From Girardia tigrina (taxonomy: Eukaryota): DNA of 61,637 nucleotides. The stretch lies in the NCBI GenBank assembly GCA_001938485.1, contig MQRK01240227.1:37959-99595 (forward strand), written 5' to 3'. Below the pieces are notes generated by a model. It was not told where the DNA came from and ran no database searches. It saw only the letters and a program-made list of their open reading frames with translations. A program made the translations under genes and the position numbers. Of the stretch, positions 48,630-61,637 are shown piece by piece (the stretch's first letter is position 1; each line of letters begins with the position of its first letter).

Positions 48630-50852
48630 ACGGCCTTGTTACTAAGTTTCTGAAATTTTGTGTTTAAACACAACCAAAACTCAGATAGCTTCTTTTCAGC
48701 GAAGAGTCTTTTGAAAATTAAATCGTTTTTTACATCAATTAAGTTTTCTTACATTTCTTCTTCCAGATGTTTAATTTCACAGTGCATCAATGGGTTGACT
48801 ACCCATTCCATTTTCAACAAGTCAAAGTTAGGAAAATATTTCTCAAAAAATGCGGATAATAATGTCAATGTTTCTTCGATTTCTTCTTTGATAAGAGATT
48901 TTAAAGGATTCTCTTTAACCGTCTGTAACTTTAGCAATATTTAAAGTCAATAAATTAAGTTTTTCCATAAAGGTTTTTAACTTGCTGGAGATAGTGATAA
49001 TGTTCTCCTGATCATCTTGTAAATTTAAATGTATGCTGTTTAATTTGTTGAAAATATCACTCAGAAATGCAACTTGTAACCACCAAACATCATTCTTCAG
49101 GAAAGGAAAATGAATCTCTTTGCTATCAAAAATGTGATTACTTAATTTTTCATTAAAATAAATCGATTTAAAACTTTTCCTTTCGACAACCATCTGATTT
49201 CAGTGTGATACAATAAATTCATATAATCTGAATCCATAGCTATACAAAATTCGGAAAACATTCTCAATCTAAAAGCATTTGGTTTAACGTAATTTACTAT
49301 GTTGACGACTTCGTCTAGAGTTGTGGTAAGGATTGGAGGAACCGCCTTTGACACTTAAATTTCTCTATGAATCATGCATTGAAAAAATTTGATATTTGGA
49401 TTTTTTGTTGTGACATGTGCTATAAATCCCTTTTTTAAACCTTTCATAGCTGGAGCTCCATCCATGCAGACGCTAGTACAATTTTCACATTTAAAGTTAT
49501 ACTTCGTAACATTTTCATCTACTAATTCAAAAATGTCCGAACCAGTCGTCCTTTGTTTTAATTCTTTACAAAGAAGTAATTATTCACAATTTTTCCTGTA
49601 TCGACAAACCTCAAAAATGCCAGCAACTGATCTTTATCGCTAATATCGATGCTTTCATAAAGCTGTATAGCCCCTTTTTTTGAAAGGTCATTAAAACTTT
49701 GTTTCATTTGCAACTCAATATCATCTGACATAGCAGTATATCTACAATTCTTCTTGCAATAGTTTTTGATGATAGTGGAATTTTCGTTAACTTCTCCACA
49801 GCATCGTTCGTTAACATACATCCAGCCTCAATTTTTAAAACAGGCAAGATAATTTCATCTGATTCCGTGTGAGCTTTTTGTTTTTCGAGCGATGAGTTGA
49901 GCTATCAGATAACTAGTTGTTTGAGCTTCATTTGATGTGGTCATAAATTTCTTGAATTTTTTTGATTGCTTTTGCAGATTTGATCGTATATTTTCAAAAT
50001 AGCTTATTGGATTGTTCATCTACTCTCGATGATTTGTCTCAATATAGCCAAGTAGTTTACTTGGCAACATTGCTTCGTTTCTGAGAGTTTTTCAGCAAAT
50101 TATGCAAAACGGCAGTGATGGATCATTAACAGATTATATAAATTCATATTTAAGATAATCTTCACCGTATTTTCGTTTTTTTCCGGTGTATTTTACGATT
50201 TTCTTATCTTCACCGTTTTCGTTTTGATTTTGTTTATCACTGGCACCTTTTCTAATTACAAATTTCTACATCTAGTTTTGAGAGAATTTTGAATACATAA
50301 TATAAGAGCGTTTCTTAATAATGTTTGATTAAATTACCTTGAGTAAAAAGTGAGTGAGAATCTCGCTAAGAATAAATTATAAGCACAGGATTCTTGTACC
50401 ACAACAAATTATTTTTCACTGTTTTGTGTGATAAAATGACAATAAAGATACTCAAAAAATCTTCATTATTTTGATTTGAAAAATGCGTACAATTCTGATT
50501 ATTTAAACAATTGTCAATTTACTTTGTTTTTCAAAATTAAATATTGAATTTGTGTTTAAATTTATTTTTGGTCCCCAGTTGCGTGGATTGACAAAATGGG
50601 GGGGGGCAAAAATATTAATTAAATAGATAAAGAAAAAGTTAAAAGAAAAATTATATATCACATTCCGCCGGGCAGCAATAGGTGTTTTTTAACCAACAGA
50701 TTTCACTGTGTGCGAAATTTACTGTGTGTTTGACAACGATGCAAAAATACGACTAATATTGCTACAGCAATACTTCAATAACTTGTTCAATAGCTTTAAC
50801 AATTTTAAATATTGTACAAAATTGTTTGCGGCGCACCGGTTGCCAGACACTG
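48630..50852 (-). mobile_element. Decayed hAT Charlie/Buster element related to 29750-32019
   Basis: TIR ggttgccagacactg ending at 50852; motifs CMDGAPAM, LLYHTEIRWLSKGKVL, AFLSDIFNKLN. Confidence 0.9.
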
Positions 50853-51500
50853 AATTAAAGAATGAATTTATTTAACCAAAAATATAAATATCATAAATTT
50901 GAAAAAAAACTGATTAAAAAAGAAATCTAATTATATAAATAATAATTCCAATAAGGCGAGAATTAGACAAATAAAGGTATAGATAATATAATTTTTCTTT
51001 TTATTTATTGGGTTACTCTTTGAAATTTATATAAGAATCCTGAACCACCTAGCATTTTAAAAATCAAACTGGTACAAACTTTTCATCTCGTATTAATTTT
51101 TCTACTTCGTAAATTTAATTCAAAGAAAAATTATTTATTCTTTAAATTTTATTTTTATTAAAAAAATAAATCAATATCAGAACACAATACAATGTTTTTA
51201 TAACTTAGCTTTTTTATAATAATTTTTTAAAAAAATAATTTTTCTAAGTTGAAGATATTTCAATAACATGTAAAAATGGCTGAAAGAATATGGCACCTCT
51301 TCTGAAAACTAATACAATTCATCGTTAAATTCTTTTCAAATTAATTATTTTCGAGAAATGTTTTTACCAACATAAATAATAATAAGTAACATTTGTTTAA
51401 ATAATACTTTCTATGACATTAAAAGCCAAAATTTTTTAAAGCAATTTAATATTTGCAACTCTGTGATAATTTACATTTTTTTGACAATCGATCAATATAA

Positions 51501-51728
51501 ATGACCTCTCAAAATCAAATGATGAGATCAAAATCGATTAATGACTTAACGATTGACGATTCAAAAATTCTCGGAACAAATACAATTAAAAAACTGGAGA
51601 AAATATCGACGAGAAATCATTTTAACACTCAACAATTCGAAACGATTTGCAGCAATTGGACTCCCGTTTCAAATAGAACTTACAATAAATCGATATTTAA
51701 AGAAAGAAATGAACTAATTTTTAATTGG
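51501..51728 (+). CDS. ECT2L: ECT2L/FBXO16-family F-box protein, exon 1
   Basis: ...FETICSNWTPVSNRTYNKSIFKERNELIFNW then a GT donor (phase 0); matches the family N-terminal S.WTP......F.ER..L...W motif and joins FDVW in the next exon. Confidence 0.78.
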
Positions 51729-51899
51729 GTTGATTTAGAGTTTTTATTTTAATGACAGGAATCGTTTCATTTTAAACCTTGACGGATCATTATCGATATG
51801 AAATGGTGAATGAGTACTGTATACATATAATACATATTCATTTTAGTCAAATTTATAATGTTTATATTTTATTTATACATAATGATCGAAGGATAACTC

Positions 51900-52310
51900 T
51901 CTATAATAAAATATCGTATAACCCTAATTTACCAAAAGCCATTTTGCCGAAAAAAATTAAAATTTTAATTTAATCTATTAAATTAAGACATTTTATTTAA
52001 TAAAGACATTTAATAAAAACATTTTACTATTTTTTCCCAAACTTCTCTGAAGATTTTGCATTGCTTCAAATAACCTTTAATATGTAATTTACTTTTGATT
52101 TGGCATTAAAGCAAACTCTAGAGAAATTACAGTGATGTTTTTTGATCCGTGAATACAGCTGTGAGAATAATGACGGAACAGTTTTAAAAGTTCCATAACA
52201 ATACCAATGATTATTTTGTGTCCGAAAGATGAAGATAATTTTAAGTCAAAATATCAATAATCTATCTTAATATGTTTTCGGAAAAATGTCGTTCGGCAAA
52301 TGGGGGTGTA
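51900..52310 (-). mobile_element. MULE remnant in intron 1
   Basis: WYCYGTFKTVPSLFSQLYS and FALMPN resemble the MULE DGTF motif region. Confidence 0.65.
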
Positions 52311-52389
52311 ACTGTAATTTATAATTTAAATATAATTTATACGTTTAACAAATATAACAAGAAAACATTTTGCCTGAAATTCATTTTAA

Positions 52390-52800
52390 ATTCAATATAG
52401 ACACCGGCATTTGTCACTAGTTTCTCAAGTCGACCAAGAATTGCGTCAGCTGATTTCACAAGAAACTCCTGCGGTATAAAAAGCCATGACTTTACGTATT
52501 TGCCCATCAAAACCTTAAAAATTTCTTGGATTGGTTCAGTAGACTTGCTCTTTCAACCAACCCCAAATAAAAAAGTCGCATGGTGTTAATTCAGAACTTC
52601 TTGATGGTCATTCGTACAACCACGACCACCTTCTGATATTATCCATAAGTCCTACAGTCATGAACTTTTAATGAAAATTTTTGATTGTCTTTGGCTCAGT
52701 TTGAGCATGTTTATCTTAATAGTTTTCCACCATCTTTGCATTTAAACAATGCAGCTATCTGGGCACGGTTCTGTGGTATAAGACATCAAACCATTTTTGT
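52390..52800 (-). mobile_element. Tc1/mariner remnant in intron 1
   Basis: SRSSELTPCDFFIWG and RLEKLVTNAG resemble SPDLTPxDFFLWG-type mariner relatives. Confidence 0.6.
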
Positions 52801-53749
52801 GGCTTTGTGAAATTACAAACAAATTAATTTTAATAAATCATTAAAAAATCTAAAAAGAAAACAAGAACATAGATTAAATTGCTAAAGATTAAGTAAGATA
52901 TATATATACTTAATATTAATAACATTAATATTGTTAACATTATTTAAATAAATAATATTAAAATCTGATATATTTCTATAAACATATATTAATATATTTT
53001 CCTAAAAGTTATCAAGCATAATTTTTCTGCTGAGTTTTCTTTCTAAATCGTATGCATATATTTAATTTGAATGAGCTCATTTGATTTTTATGATTCTTCT
53101 TATTTATTGTTCTACAAAAATAATGATAATACGGAAATGGTTATAGAAGAAACAATGCTTAGATTTATTTAATGTGTCATAATATTTCCTAATTTTGACT
53201 TTGGGTATATCGAAGCAGTTCGAAAACTATTGTTTCAGCATTTATATTTAAATTAATATATTCATATGTATTTTATTTTATCGTTCATATTTTGTTTGTC
53301 TAGACAAAATATATTCTAAAAATATTTTTTATATTATATTGTTATTTATTATTTTTTATGTATTATAAAGTATTATAATATCATCTTGAATGACATTGTT
53401 TTATATTATGATACATATTATCATATTATTCTATAGTAAAGGATATAGTATAACAACCTAATTAATAAAACATTATAAATAATTCCATGAAATTCAGTAA
53501 CTAAAATAATAAGCAAGACAATTCAATCGTCAATCTTAAAATTTTTGTCTATTATCAAAAGCTTATCAGTTGCTTAATGATATTACAAAAAATATTTATT
53601 CATTTTTGGCAAGCCTAATGATTGAAAAAACGAAAAACCACGAGGGCGTCTTTTTCAAATCATCAAACTCAGGACAGTTATACGACTATTAATTTTTGAA
53701 GAACAATCAAATATTAAGAAGTTATAAAATATTTTGTTCTTCTGTTTAT

Positions 53750-53782
53750 GTATTATTCCATTCTTTTTATTAACTTACTTTC

Positions 53783-53828
<46 letters not shown>

Positions 53829-53878
53829 NNNNNNNNNNNNNNNNNNNNNNNNNNNNNNNNNNNNNNNNNNNNNNNNNN

Positions 53879-53930
<52 letters not shown>

Positions 53931-54258
53931 ATGGACTTTAGAAACCTGTTTTTGAAGGTCTTTTACTCAACCGATTTTCTTCAAACTTTACACACGTACT
54001 CATTCTCGATGACAATAAATGATTATGTAAAAATTTGATCGAAAAAAACTTTTTAAGATCCCCAAATGGGAAAAAATGGAAAATTCGGAGTTCCCGAATA
54101 ATATTAAATGCAAGATATCTATTTATAAATTATAAGTAGTTTATATTAATTTTTAATGTTTTTTTTAATTTAAAATTTTTTAAATCTTAAATTTTTAAAT
54201 TTTAAAAACTTTTTTGGTAAAGTAGAGTTATGCCTGCATAAAGAATGGATATAAAAAT
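53750..54258 (+). mobile_element. DINE-1/HINE-like element with (TA)n
   Basis: Inverted sub-termini tccattcttt/aaagaatgga and aacttacttt/aaagtagagtt; 3' hairpin ttatgc-ct-gcataa; core tcaaccgattttcttcaaacttt. Confidence 0.65.
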
Positions 54259-54815
54259 TTTAATTTTTTGTTGATTTACTAGTTTTTCTTTATGATCAAA
54301 CTCTTTTGAGCTGTAAATTGTTGTTCTTTCTTTCTGTCACTTATAGTTAAATGTGCTTTAGTACGTAAAAGTATTTTATCTATTGAGATATATGTGGGAT
54401 TTAATAGATTGATTTGATGTCGATGAGAATAAATATACGTATAGCAAATTTAAAATGCCAATGGAATCATTATTTAAAATGACATGAATACATATATTTA
54501 CTAAAATAAGAATGTTAAAGAGCTCTTAAAACTTAAAAACATTGTTTATACATGAAGATATAAAAATTAACTTTTTTAATTAAAAAGAAAACGCTATAAT
54601 AAAAGTGGTAAACGCATCTAAACGTTAGAGAACACTGAATTATACAATCGCCATTTCTAAAATTATAAAGTCTATTAATAAAAATAATTCCTGACCTGAT
54701 TATAACGATTAAAATATTAAAATACATTACACTCAAGTTAATTTTACAATGATATGCTTCTTGTCATTAGAATATTTTGTCATATTTTATGCTGAAGTAT
54801 TAAATTGTTTCCCAG

Positions 54816-55055
54816 TTTGATGTTTGGACCGACGAGCAGAGAAATGAGTTTCTCACGAATCTGTTTCTAAGATTTAGTCCAAGTCAATTCGTTTGTATAT
54901 ATGACTATTTCGATAAAAAAGTTCCGTTGAAACGAGTCGATTTTACGAGAATTTTACCGAAAGTTTTGAGTTTGAAAATTTTTTCTCATCTTGATCCGAG
55001 AAGTCTATCAAGATCTTCACAAGTGTCATGGCATTGGAAATTTTTAACCGAACAG
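54816..55055 (+). CDS. ECT2L: ECT2L/FBXO16-family F-box protein, exon 2 (F-box)
   Basis: cccag acceptor; FDVWTDEQRNEFL...VDFTRILPKVLSLKIFSHLDPRSLSRSSQVSWHWKFLTEQ; 80 open codons. Confidence 0.88.
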
Positions 55056-55097
55056 GTTTTAAATAATTATGATATCTATTTGAAAGTAGAAATATAG

Positions 55098-55235
55098 GAC
55101 ATGTTATGGATTCCGAAATGTAAAACATTTGGTTGGTATTTACCATATTCACCATCGGAATCGGAATTCGGAGCTTGGAAACGTCATTATATCTCTAATG
55201 CCATCAGTGTTGATATGTCTGTCGGTCAAATAAGG
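55098..55235 (+). CDS. ECT2L: ECT2L/FBXO16-family F-box protein, exon 3
   Basis: Follows a 42-nt GT-AG intron: DMLWIPKCKTFGWYLPYSPSESEFGAWKRHYI..., donor gtgagg. This segment looks more ECT2L-like than FBXO16-like. Confidence 0.85.
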
Positions 55236-55579
55236 GTGAGGTTTTCTTAATACATTTCTTAGATTTTTAATTTTATCTTATATTTTTGTGAAAAAACTTT
55301 AATTGCAGAAGTTAGCGATAATTCCATGACAAAAAAAACAAAAGTAACTCTGAGGATTACCAAATTTTTCAGAACTTTTATTTTTAAAACATTTTAAATT
55401 GTTTTCACAATCATGTAAAGCACCTTCGCTATTCATCATCATACTGAATTTATATCTAGAATAAATCTATCCTATATCATTTGGTTATTTAAACAAATTA
55501 TCAAATATTAATTTATTATTATTTCATTGTAAACTTTAATTTAATTTAGAATTTAATTCAAAATTCTATTTAATCTAAA

Positions 55580-56110
55580 TGTTAAGAACAATTAGACAAT
55601 TTTCATTTGAATTTTTTATTATTATCACATTTAGAGTCATTACAACTATCGAAAGATCGTTCATCGTTAGAATTCGTTCTAATTGTTTTTTTGTTTCTAT
55701 TTTTAATCATGATTATTCAAACAATTTTTCTAAATCTTTCTAAAATATTTAATTTCTAAAAATATCAATTAAAAATAATAATTTTAACCATTTCTCAATA
55801 AAATCTGTAAATAATAAAAATGTTATCAAATTGTGAAAAATGATTTTAAATTTAAATTTTATTAATTATATTTATAATATTATATTTATATTTTATAATT
55901 AAATGTTTTTCTTTTCTTAAAAAATATGAAACTTAATTTTAATTGTTTATTTTAAAAATATAAACTTATAAAATTATTATTTTAATTATGTTCAAATAGT
56001 CAATCACTGTAAATACAAAAAATCCATCTGGATGAGAGAATCACCATTCTAAGTTCAATATACAGCATCAATACATTCACACATTCAAACAATTTAAAAT
56101 ATTCATCACA
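55580..56110 (-). mobile_element. Solo LTR, family B (older copy, TG...CA)
   Basis: Homologous end to end with 42785-43281; TSD not clear. Confidence 0.8.
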
Positions 56111-56879
56111 TTTAAATTTATTTTATGTTTGTAATGTTGGGAAATATTTGACGAATCCATATTGGAATCGAACTCAAGGTGAAAAGTTGACATAATTTAA
56201 AATTTTTATTTCTATACAATATTATTAATATTAATATTATTTTTTATTAACAAATCTTTATAAATAAATATAGTCTAATATAAAAGCAAATACGTTAAAA
56301 TATTAATTTCAATTTTACAATCTCATAATTTTTAAAGTTACAATTTCTATATTTTATAGTTTTACCATTTTTAAAATTTACAGTTCTAGAATTTTACGTT
56401 ATAACATTCAAAATTTTTTTGAGCCAAAAATCCTAATGATGTTTATAAATTTCATTTAAAAATGTTATTGCAAGAAATTAAAGAAATTCCATCCACATTC
56501 AAATTTAATAAATAACCGTTTGATCTCGAGTATGTCAACTAACCGTCTTAGTTGGAGAGACACATTCCAAAAGCAATACATAAAACGAAAGCATATCATT
56601 TAACTAAAAAATCCTCATAATAGCAATGATACAACGTTATGATAATAAATGGAAGGATTTTATAGTTCCCATTCATTTAATCGCATTTAATTTCGTCGAA
56701 TATTTTAATTTTTTAGTTAACTTAATTTTTTTTATTAGTTAACTTTTTATTTGATTTCTTTAAATTATTTTAGAATTGTATTTAGATTATCGTAAAATAT
56801 TAAATTAATTCACCTATAAAACAAATAAGTACATATTATTTATAATTTAAAATTTTTAATAAGAATTATTTTACGTGTC

Positions 56880-57330
56880 CGAATACATATGAATTTGGGT
56901 AGTATATGCGTTTGAATTTGAAAAGTTACAGGTGATTGTAAATTATTTTGAATCAACCTATATCTGATCAATATGAAAAAATGGAATAAGGCACTATCCA
57001 ATATTCCTGAGAAATATTCCTGATTGTTTTTGTGAACAATTTCTAATTTGCATCGTACAAACAATTCTGTTGAAGGATAGTATAACTTATTGGAAACAAA
57101 ACGAATTTAAAAGAATGATTAATGACAAAGCTCATCCCTCTGTTTTATCACATAAGCTTCAACTCGTGGAGAAAAAAGTTTATAATAGTTATATTAGAAT
57201 AAGCACAAATATAAATGCATTTCCAGATAGAAAGACGAAATCGCATTTTGCTTGTAATAGTCTGTCATTATGATTTTTAGTATTTTTGAACAGTTTATTT
57301 GCCTCTTTCGTATTAAAAATATTGATTGTT
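56880..57330 (-). mobile_element. MULE remnant
   Basis: IMTDY..QNAISSF......CLF motif. Confidence 0.45.
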
Positions 57331-57431
57331 TTTTTCATAATTGAGATTGAGACTCAGTTTTCGGAGTAGAAAATACTTGGTCTATCAAAACAATTTTATA
57401 GGTTTTAAAAGTCTAAATAATTTAAATAGCT

Positions 57432-57630
57432 ATTGTTTGAATGTGTAAATGTAGTGATGCTGTATGTTGATTTAAATATGTTGAATGGGGATTCTCCCAT
57501 CCAGGTGGAAATTGGTATTTTTTATTTAAATTTAAAGTGATTGACTATTCGAACATAATTAAAATAATCATTTTTTAAGTTCATATTTTTAATTTAACAA
57601 TTAAAATTAAGTTTAATATTTTTGGTAAAT
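57432..57630 (+). repeat. Partial LTR family B
   Basis: Near-identical to 42802-43010. Confidence 0.85.
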
Positions 57631-58051
57631 TAATTATTGTAAATAAAAGATTTTTGGATCTTGGTAAAAAACTAGTATTCTATGCCAGTCCATCTATGAT
57701 TATGAAAAAAAATATTTTGCTTCTCTGGAATGCAAAGATAAAAAATAAAAATAGGAAAAATAAAATTTCATTTAGATGTAATAAACTTTTCTTGGTCAGC
57801 ATAAAAATAAAACTTACTGGGGCATTATTTTTTTCTGTTTTTACTTTTTCTCTTCAATTTCATTCTTCAATTTTAATCATTCGTTTCACGAAATATCATT
57901 TCTCTCATTAAACATTATTTCTCTTTTTCATCTCCAAGAACCTGTACAGTAAATTACGCAATTATGCAATTAGCACAAAATTCTATTACACATGCACTTA
58001 ATCATCATGATTACGTGAATTGCGAAACAGTCGAGCAAAATACAAAGTCGT

Positions 58052-58547
58052 TATTAAGAACACCAACATTGGTTTTCAAACTTTTATTTTCAATACAATC
58101 AGAATTGTCTTTTGGACAACTCTCAGCAAAACTCTCGTCATTCGACATCGTTCTAAATTGATAACTTTTAGTTAATGTTTGTTAATAAACAATTATACGA
58201 ACAAATTTTTCATTATTTTCTGATTTTATTTTTAAAGTTCAAATTTTTTAGTTTTAGTATCAATTTTATTTACATATTAATTTTATGTAAAGAAAGAACA
58301 TTTATTTAATTCAAAACTTAGTTAAAACTATTTATTTTATTTAAATTTTAATATGAAGATTTTAATGTTTTTAAATATCTTATGCTGTACTTTAAAATAT
58401 AAATTATACTCGAATAATTATTTATCGTGAACATCCAAAATATCAATTTTCCATCTGGGTGGGAGAAACACATTTCCAAATACTAAAATCAACATACAAA
58501 ATTCAACAAACCAATTTCAACATACCAAATTTAAAATATTCCTCACA
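58052..58547 (-). mobile_element. Solo LTR, diverged family B subfamily, inserted in a mariner remnant
   Basis: TGTGAGGAA...TTCTTAATA with an exact TSD GTCGT. Confidence 0.88.
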
Positions 58548-58552
58548 GTCGT

Positions 58553-58900
58553 ATTTTTCCGCTCCTGTCCTTTCGAATTTTGATTTTCGAATTCGCTGCA
58601 ACACGTTTATGCCTCGCTTCATCATTCAGAGAAAGCAGTATCCAGATAGTTCACCTGAAACGCTTCCCTATATTCTTTAAATATTTCCACATATCTTGGG
58701 CAACATTCAGTCTCTACGCTATTGTCAACATGATTGCATTTTTACTCTCTTGTTGAATCTCTATAAATTGCTGACACTTATCCATAGATGGTCTCCCTTC
58801 TCCTGCGTAGTTTTCTCTGCTCAAATTTCCACATCTGAATTTCGGTATCCATTTAAAGCACATTCATAAAGTCACCTTATCTTGTCTAACAGTGACATTA
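58553..58900 (-). mobile_element. mariner HTH remnant
   Basis: CFKWIPKFRCGNLSREN...GRP. Confidence 0.55.
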
Positions 58901-58904
58901 ATCT

Positions 58905-58952
<48 letters not shown>

Positions 58953-61059
58953 GAGATGGTTAGATCAGGTCTGTAATATAACGCCAATAAAATGTTAGTG
59001 AAAGTAATGTGATTAAGGCCAATAATGATAAGTCACTTTTCATAATTAAATTTATTATCAAATATAATTTTTCTTTACATTATCAAGATGTTATATTTAC
59101 TGCAGATATAAATTGAATATAAATAGCAAAAATCAGCTACTCTTAAAAATGAAATTACATTAAGTCTCCACAGAGATTTACCGGTGAACTATGTATTATT
59201 TATTATATTGTCAAAATTATTAATTTATTAAATATTTTTATTATTTATAAAATAACTTTTATCTTTATAGGGTTCCGTGTGGAGACGCCTGGCACTCACA
59301 GACTGCTCATCTCCCATTACGGAAAAAAAGATACCTCAGTCTAAAAAATATGACAATGGCAATGAGATAATTAGTTGGGCATATTTTTTATTTAAAGATT
59401 AATAATTTATTTTATATTTTACATCATATAATTGTATTTTATATATTCTAAAAATTTGATTAAAAAATAGTTACATAGGCAATGATTTAATATGTCAGTG
59501 AATAAATTAAAATGATCAGTAAACTAAATGGACAGTACGCTATTCTGAAAATGAATGGATGGTTGAAACTAATCGTGGTTGGTACAAATGCGATTTTCTT
59601 TCAAGGTGCAAATAACTCTTTAGAAGTATAGTCACCCAAATAAAAATAAATTAACTTCATAAAAAAGCATTTTATTTTTCTGCACCAAAAATTTTTTTTA
59701 ATTAGTTTCAGTATAAAAAATTACTTTTATACAAAAATTACCTTTTTGTAATAAAAAAATCATTGCTCACATAAAAGAGATCGAATAGAGACGGATTTCA
59801 AAAAAGGAAAACAATAGAACGATAAAAAATACTTTGTTTAAATAAAAAAATATATTGTGATAAACTTTTGAATCGCGAAATTTTACAAATAAAAAATTGC
59901 AGATTATCAAACTATGTTATTTCAAATTTAAAACATCTAATCATTAAATGTTCAAAATAGTCTCAAATAATCGATTTTTATCTCACGAAAGAACGGAAAC
60001 ACTAAATTCTTTATCGGAAATTTATTCTTAATCCAATAATGACACAGTCGACATTTTATTCGATATTTTACCACTTCATTCCACATTTGATTCATTTCTA
60101 AACGACATCGATTTATCGAATGTCTTTCTCGTTTTTTCTCCGTTCATTTCAACTTTCATTCGAATAAGAAAAACGCGATCAAAGAAAATGTCTTTTGGTT
60201 ATCGGCAGATTTCGATTTAATAGAAATTATCTATTTGTTGATTTCATTGTTGATATTAACAACAATTATGGAGAATTCTTTGGTGAATATTTATATTCAA
60301 ATAATCAATGAGCGAGATGACGCTCCAATCTGCTTTATAACCTTTGAATTGAAAATGGACATGAATGGGTGTGATGACGGCCCATATTTTAGTACGTCAT
60401 CAAATTACGAAAAAATTTTTGTGAAGTTGAAGGGCCCTTCCTCTCCCCCTATATTCTAGATTTCCAAAAGAAGTAATGAATAAAACAATAAAAAATGAAT
60501 TAAAATTCAGAGAACGCTATTCATTGTAAATATACTTGAGCTGAACATCAACAATTGTCTCTAATTCGTCAAATTAACGTGATCCAACTAGTATTTATGT
60601 CACACTATTCGCCTAAGAATTAACTATCGTTTTGAAACTACGGATTGAGCATTATCATCAGGTCTATCTGTTTACCGCGGCCGGTAAATTTCACGCCGCA
60701 CCGCGGAAATAGCATCTTGTCGCGGAATTTGCTGTTTGCAGTGGAAAACCTTACATTGACAGCAATGTGCTGAGTAAATCTCTTTATTTATAATTACAGT
60801 GCTCTCGCGATTTAAGCAACTTCTGAAAACTAAAATTTGAAAAAAGTTACATAAATCGAAAAAAGTGCATTTTTATATTTTCAGTTGCATTTTAACGCAA
60901 TAATGTCAGTTATTGTTTAAAACAATCATTTTTATCATTTGTTGTAGTTTTTATTAGTTTAATAGTACTAAAATTAAAAAAATTTTAAAATAGGCTAAGA
61001 GTAATAAAATACACAGAAAAATCAATTCAAAATTTAATAACAATGTAAAAACAATTACC

Positions 61060-61637
61060 CTAATTTCTTGTGTATAACCCGCGGGTTATACGAAAAAAAG
61101 TAAGTTTTCCCGAAAATTCGAGGATGCGGGTTATACGATAGGTGCGTGTAATACATGAAATTTTTACTTTAATACATGATACTTTTATTCTAAAAATTAT
61201 GCTTGAAAAACTGTGAAATACATGAAATTTATTCAAAGCCATCAAAATCTTCGTCAGACTCAAAATTAAATGCTTCTAGAATATCACTATACGGCGTAAG
61301 AATTGAAACTAATTCTTTATCATCACAATTGTNNNNNNNNNNNNNNNNNNNNNNNNNNNNNNNNNNNNNNNNNNNNNNNNNNNNNNNNNNNNNNNNNNTA
61401 TAAACATGAAGCTTTGATCTCTTGAAGCCATTTTTTACACACTCAGGTGTGACTTCATTCCAACTTTCAAGAACCCAATTGCAAACATCTTCATAAGTTG
61501 CGCGTTTCATTCTGTTTCTTTTAGTGAATGTGTGAATACCATTAACCATCCAATTTTCCCACCTTTTGCGTATTTTATTTTTAAATGACTTATTAACAGA
61601 CAAATCGAGAGGTTGCAACTTTTTAGTTAGTCCGCCA
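61060..61637 (-). mobile_element. pogo transposase C-terminus and subterminal repeats (runs off the window)
   Basis: GGLTKKLQPLDLSVNKSFK...VCNWVLESWNEV...NGFK, acidic tail DEDFDGFE; gcgggttatacg repeats. Confidence 0.9.

Noticed and set aside
58907-58950. (TA)n microsatellites here and at 20552 and 53790
   Set aside because: Ordinary simple repeats, partly components of HINE-like elements.
60620-60668. Hammerhead-like gacCTGATGA...aaaacgatagtt on the minus strand
   Set aside because: GAAA core broken, and no convincing stem I or II.

Overview
AT-rich eukaryotic (metazoan-like) genomic scaffold with N-gaps. It consists mostly of nested, decayed transposons: Gypsy LTR elements and solo LTRs, Penelope-like elements with minimal hammerhead ribozymes, mariner/Tc1/pogo, hAT, MULE, Chapaev3, a piggyBac MITE and DINE-1/Helentron-type elements. 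The one apparently intact host gene is a spliced ECT2L/FBXO16-family F-box gene (exons 51501-51728, 54816-55055, 55098-55235; 3' end unresolved). Broken host-gene copies are MOCS3/UBA4 fused in frame to an APC11 piece, DIP2, and GRASP55/65. Most unusual: (1) a Gypsy lineage whose LTRs end TG...TA and carry a conserved 31-32 codon ORF that runs off the LTR end, so the last LTR base plus the first PBS bases spell an ATG in frame with gag; (2) two copies of a repeat built from tandem RFX X-box motifs interleaved with CTGATTGG Y-boxes; (3) a collage of unrelated host-gene fragments around a candidate bidirectional promoter; (4) five minimal type I hammerhead motifs, two of them in a fold-back pair. 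All family assignments come from motif recognition by eye; no database search was run, and the organism cannot be identified from this window.
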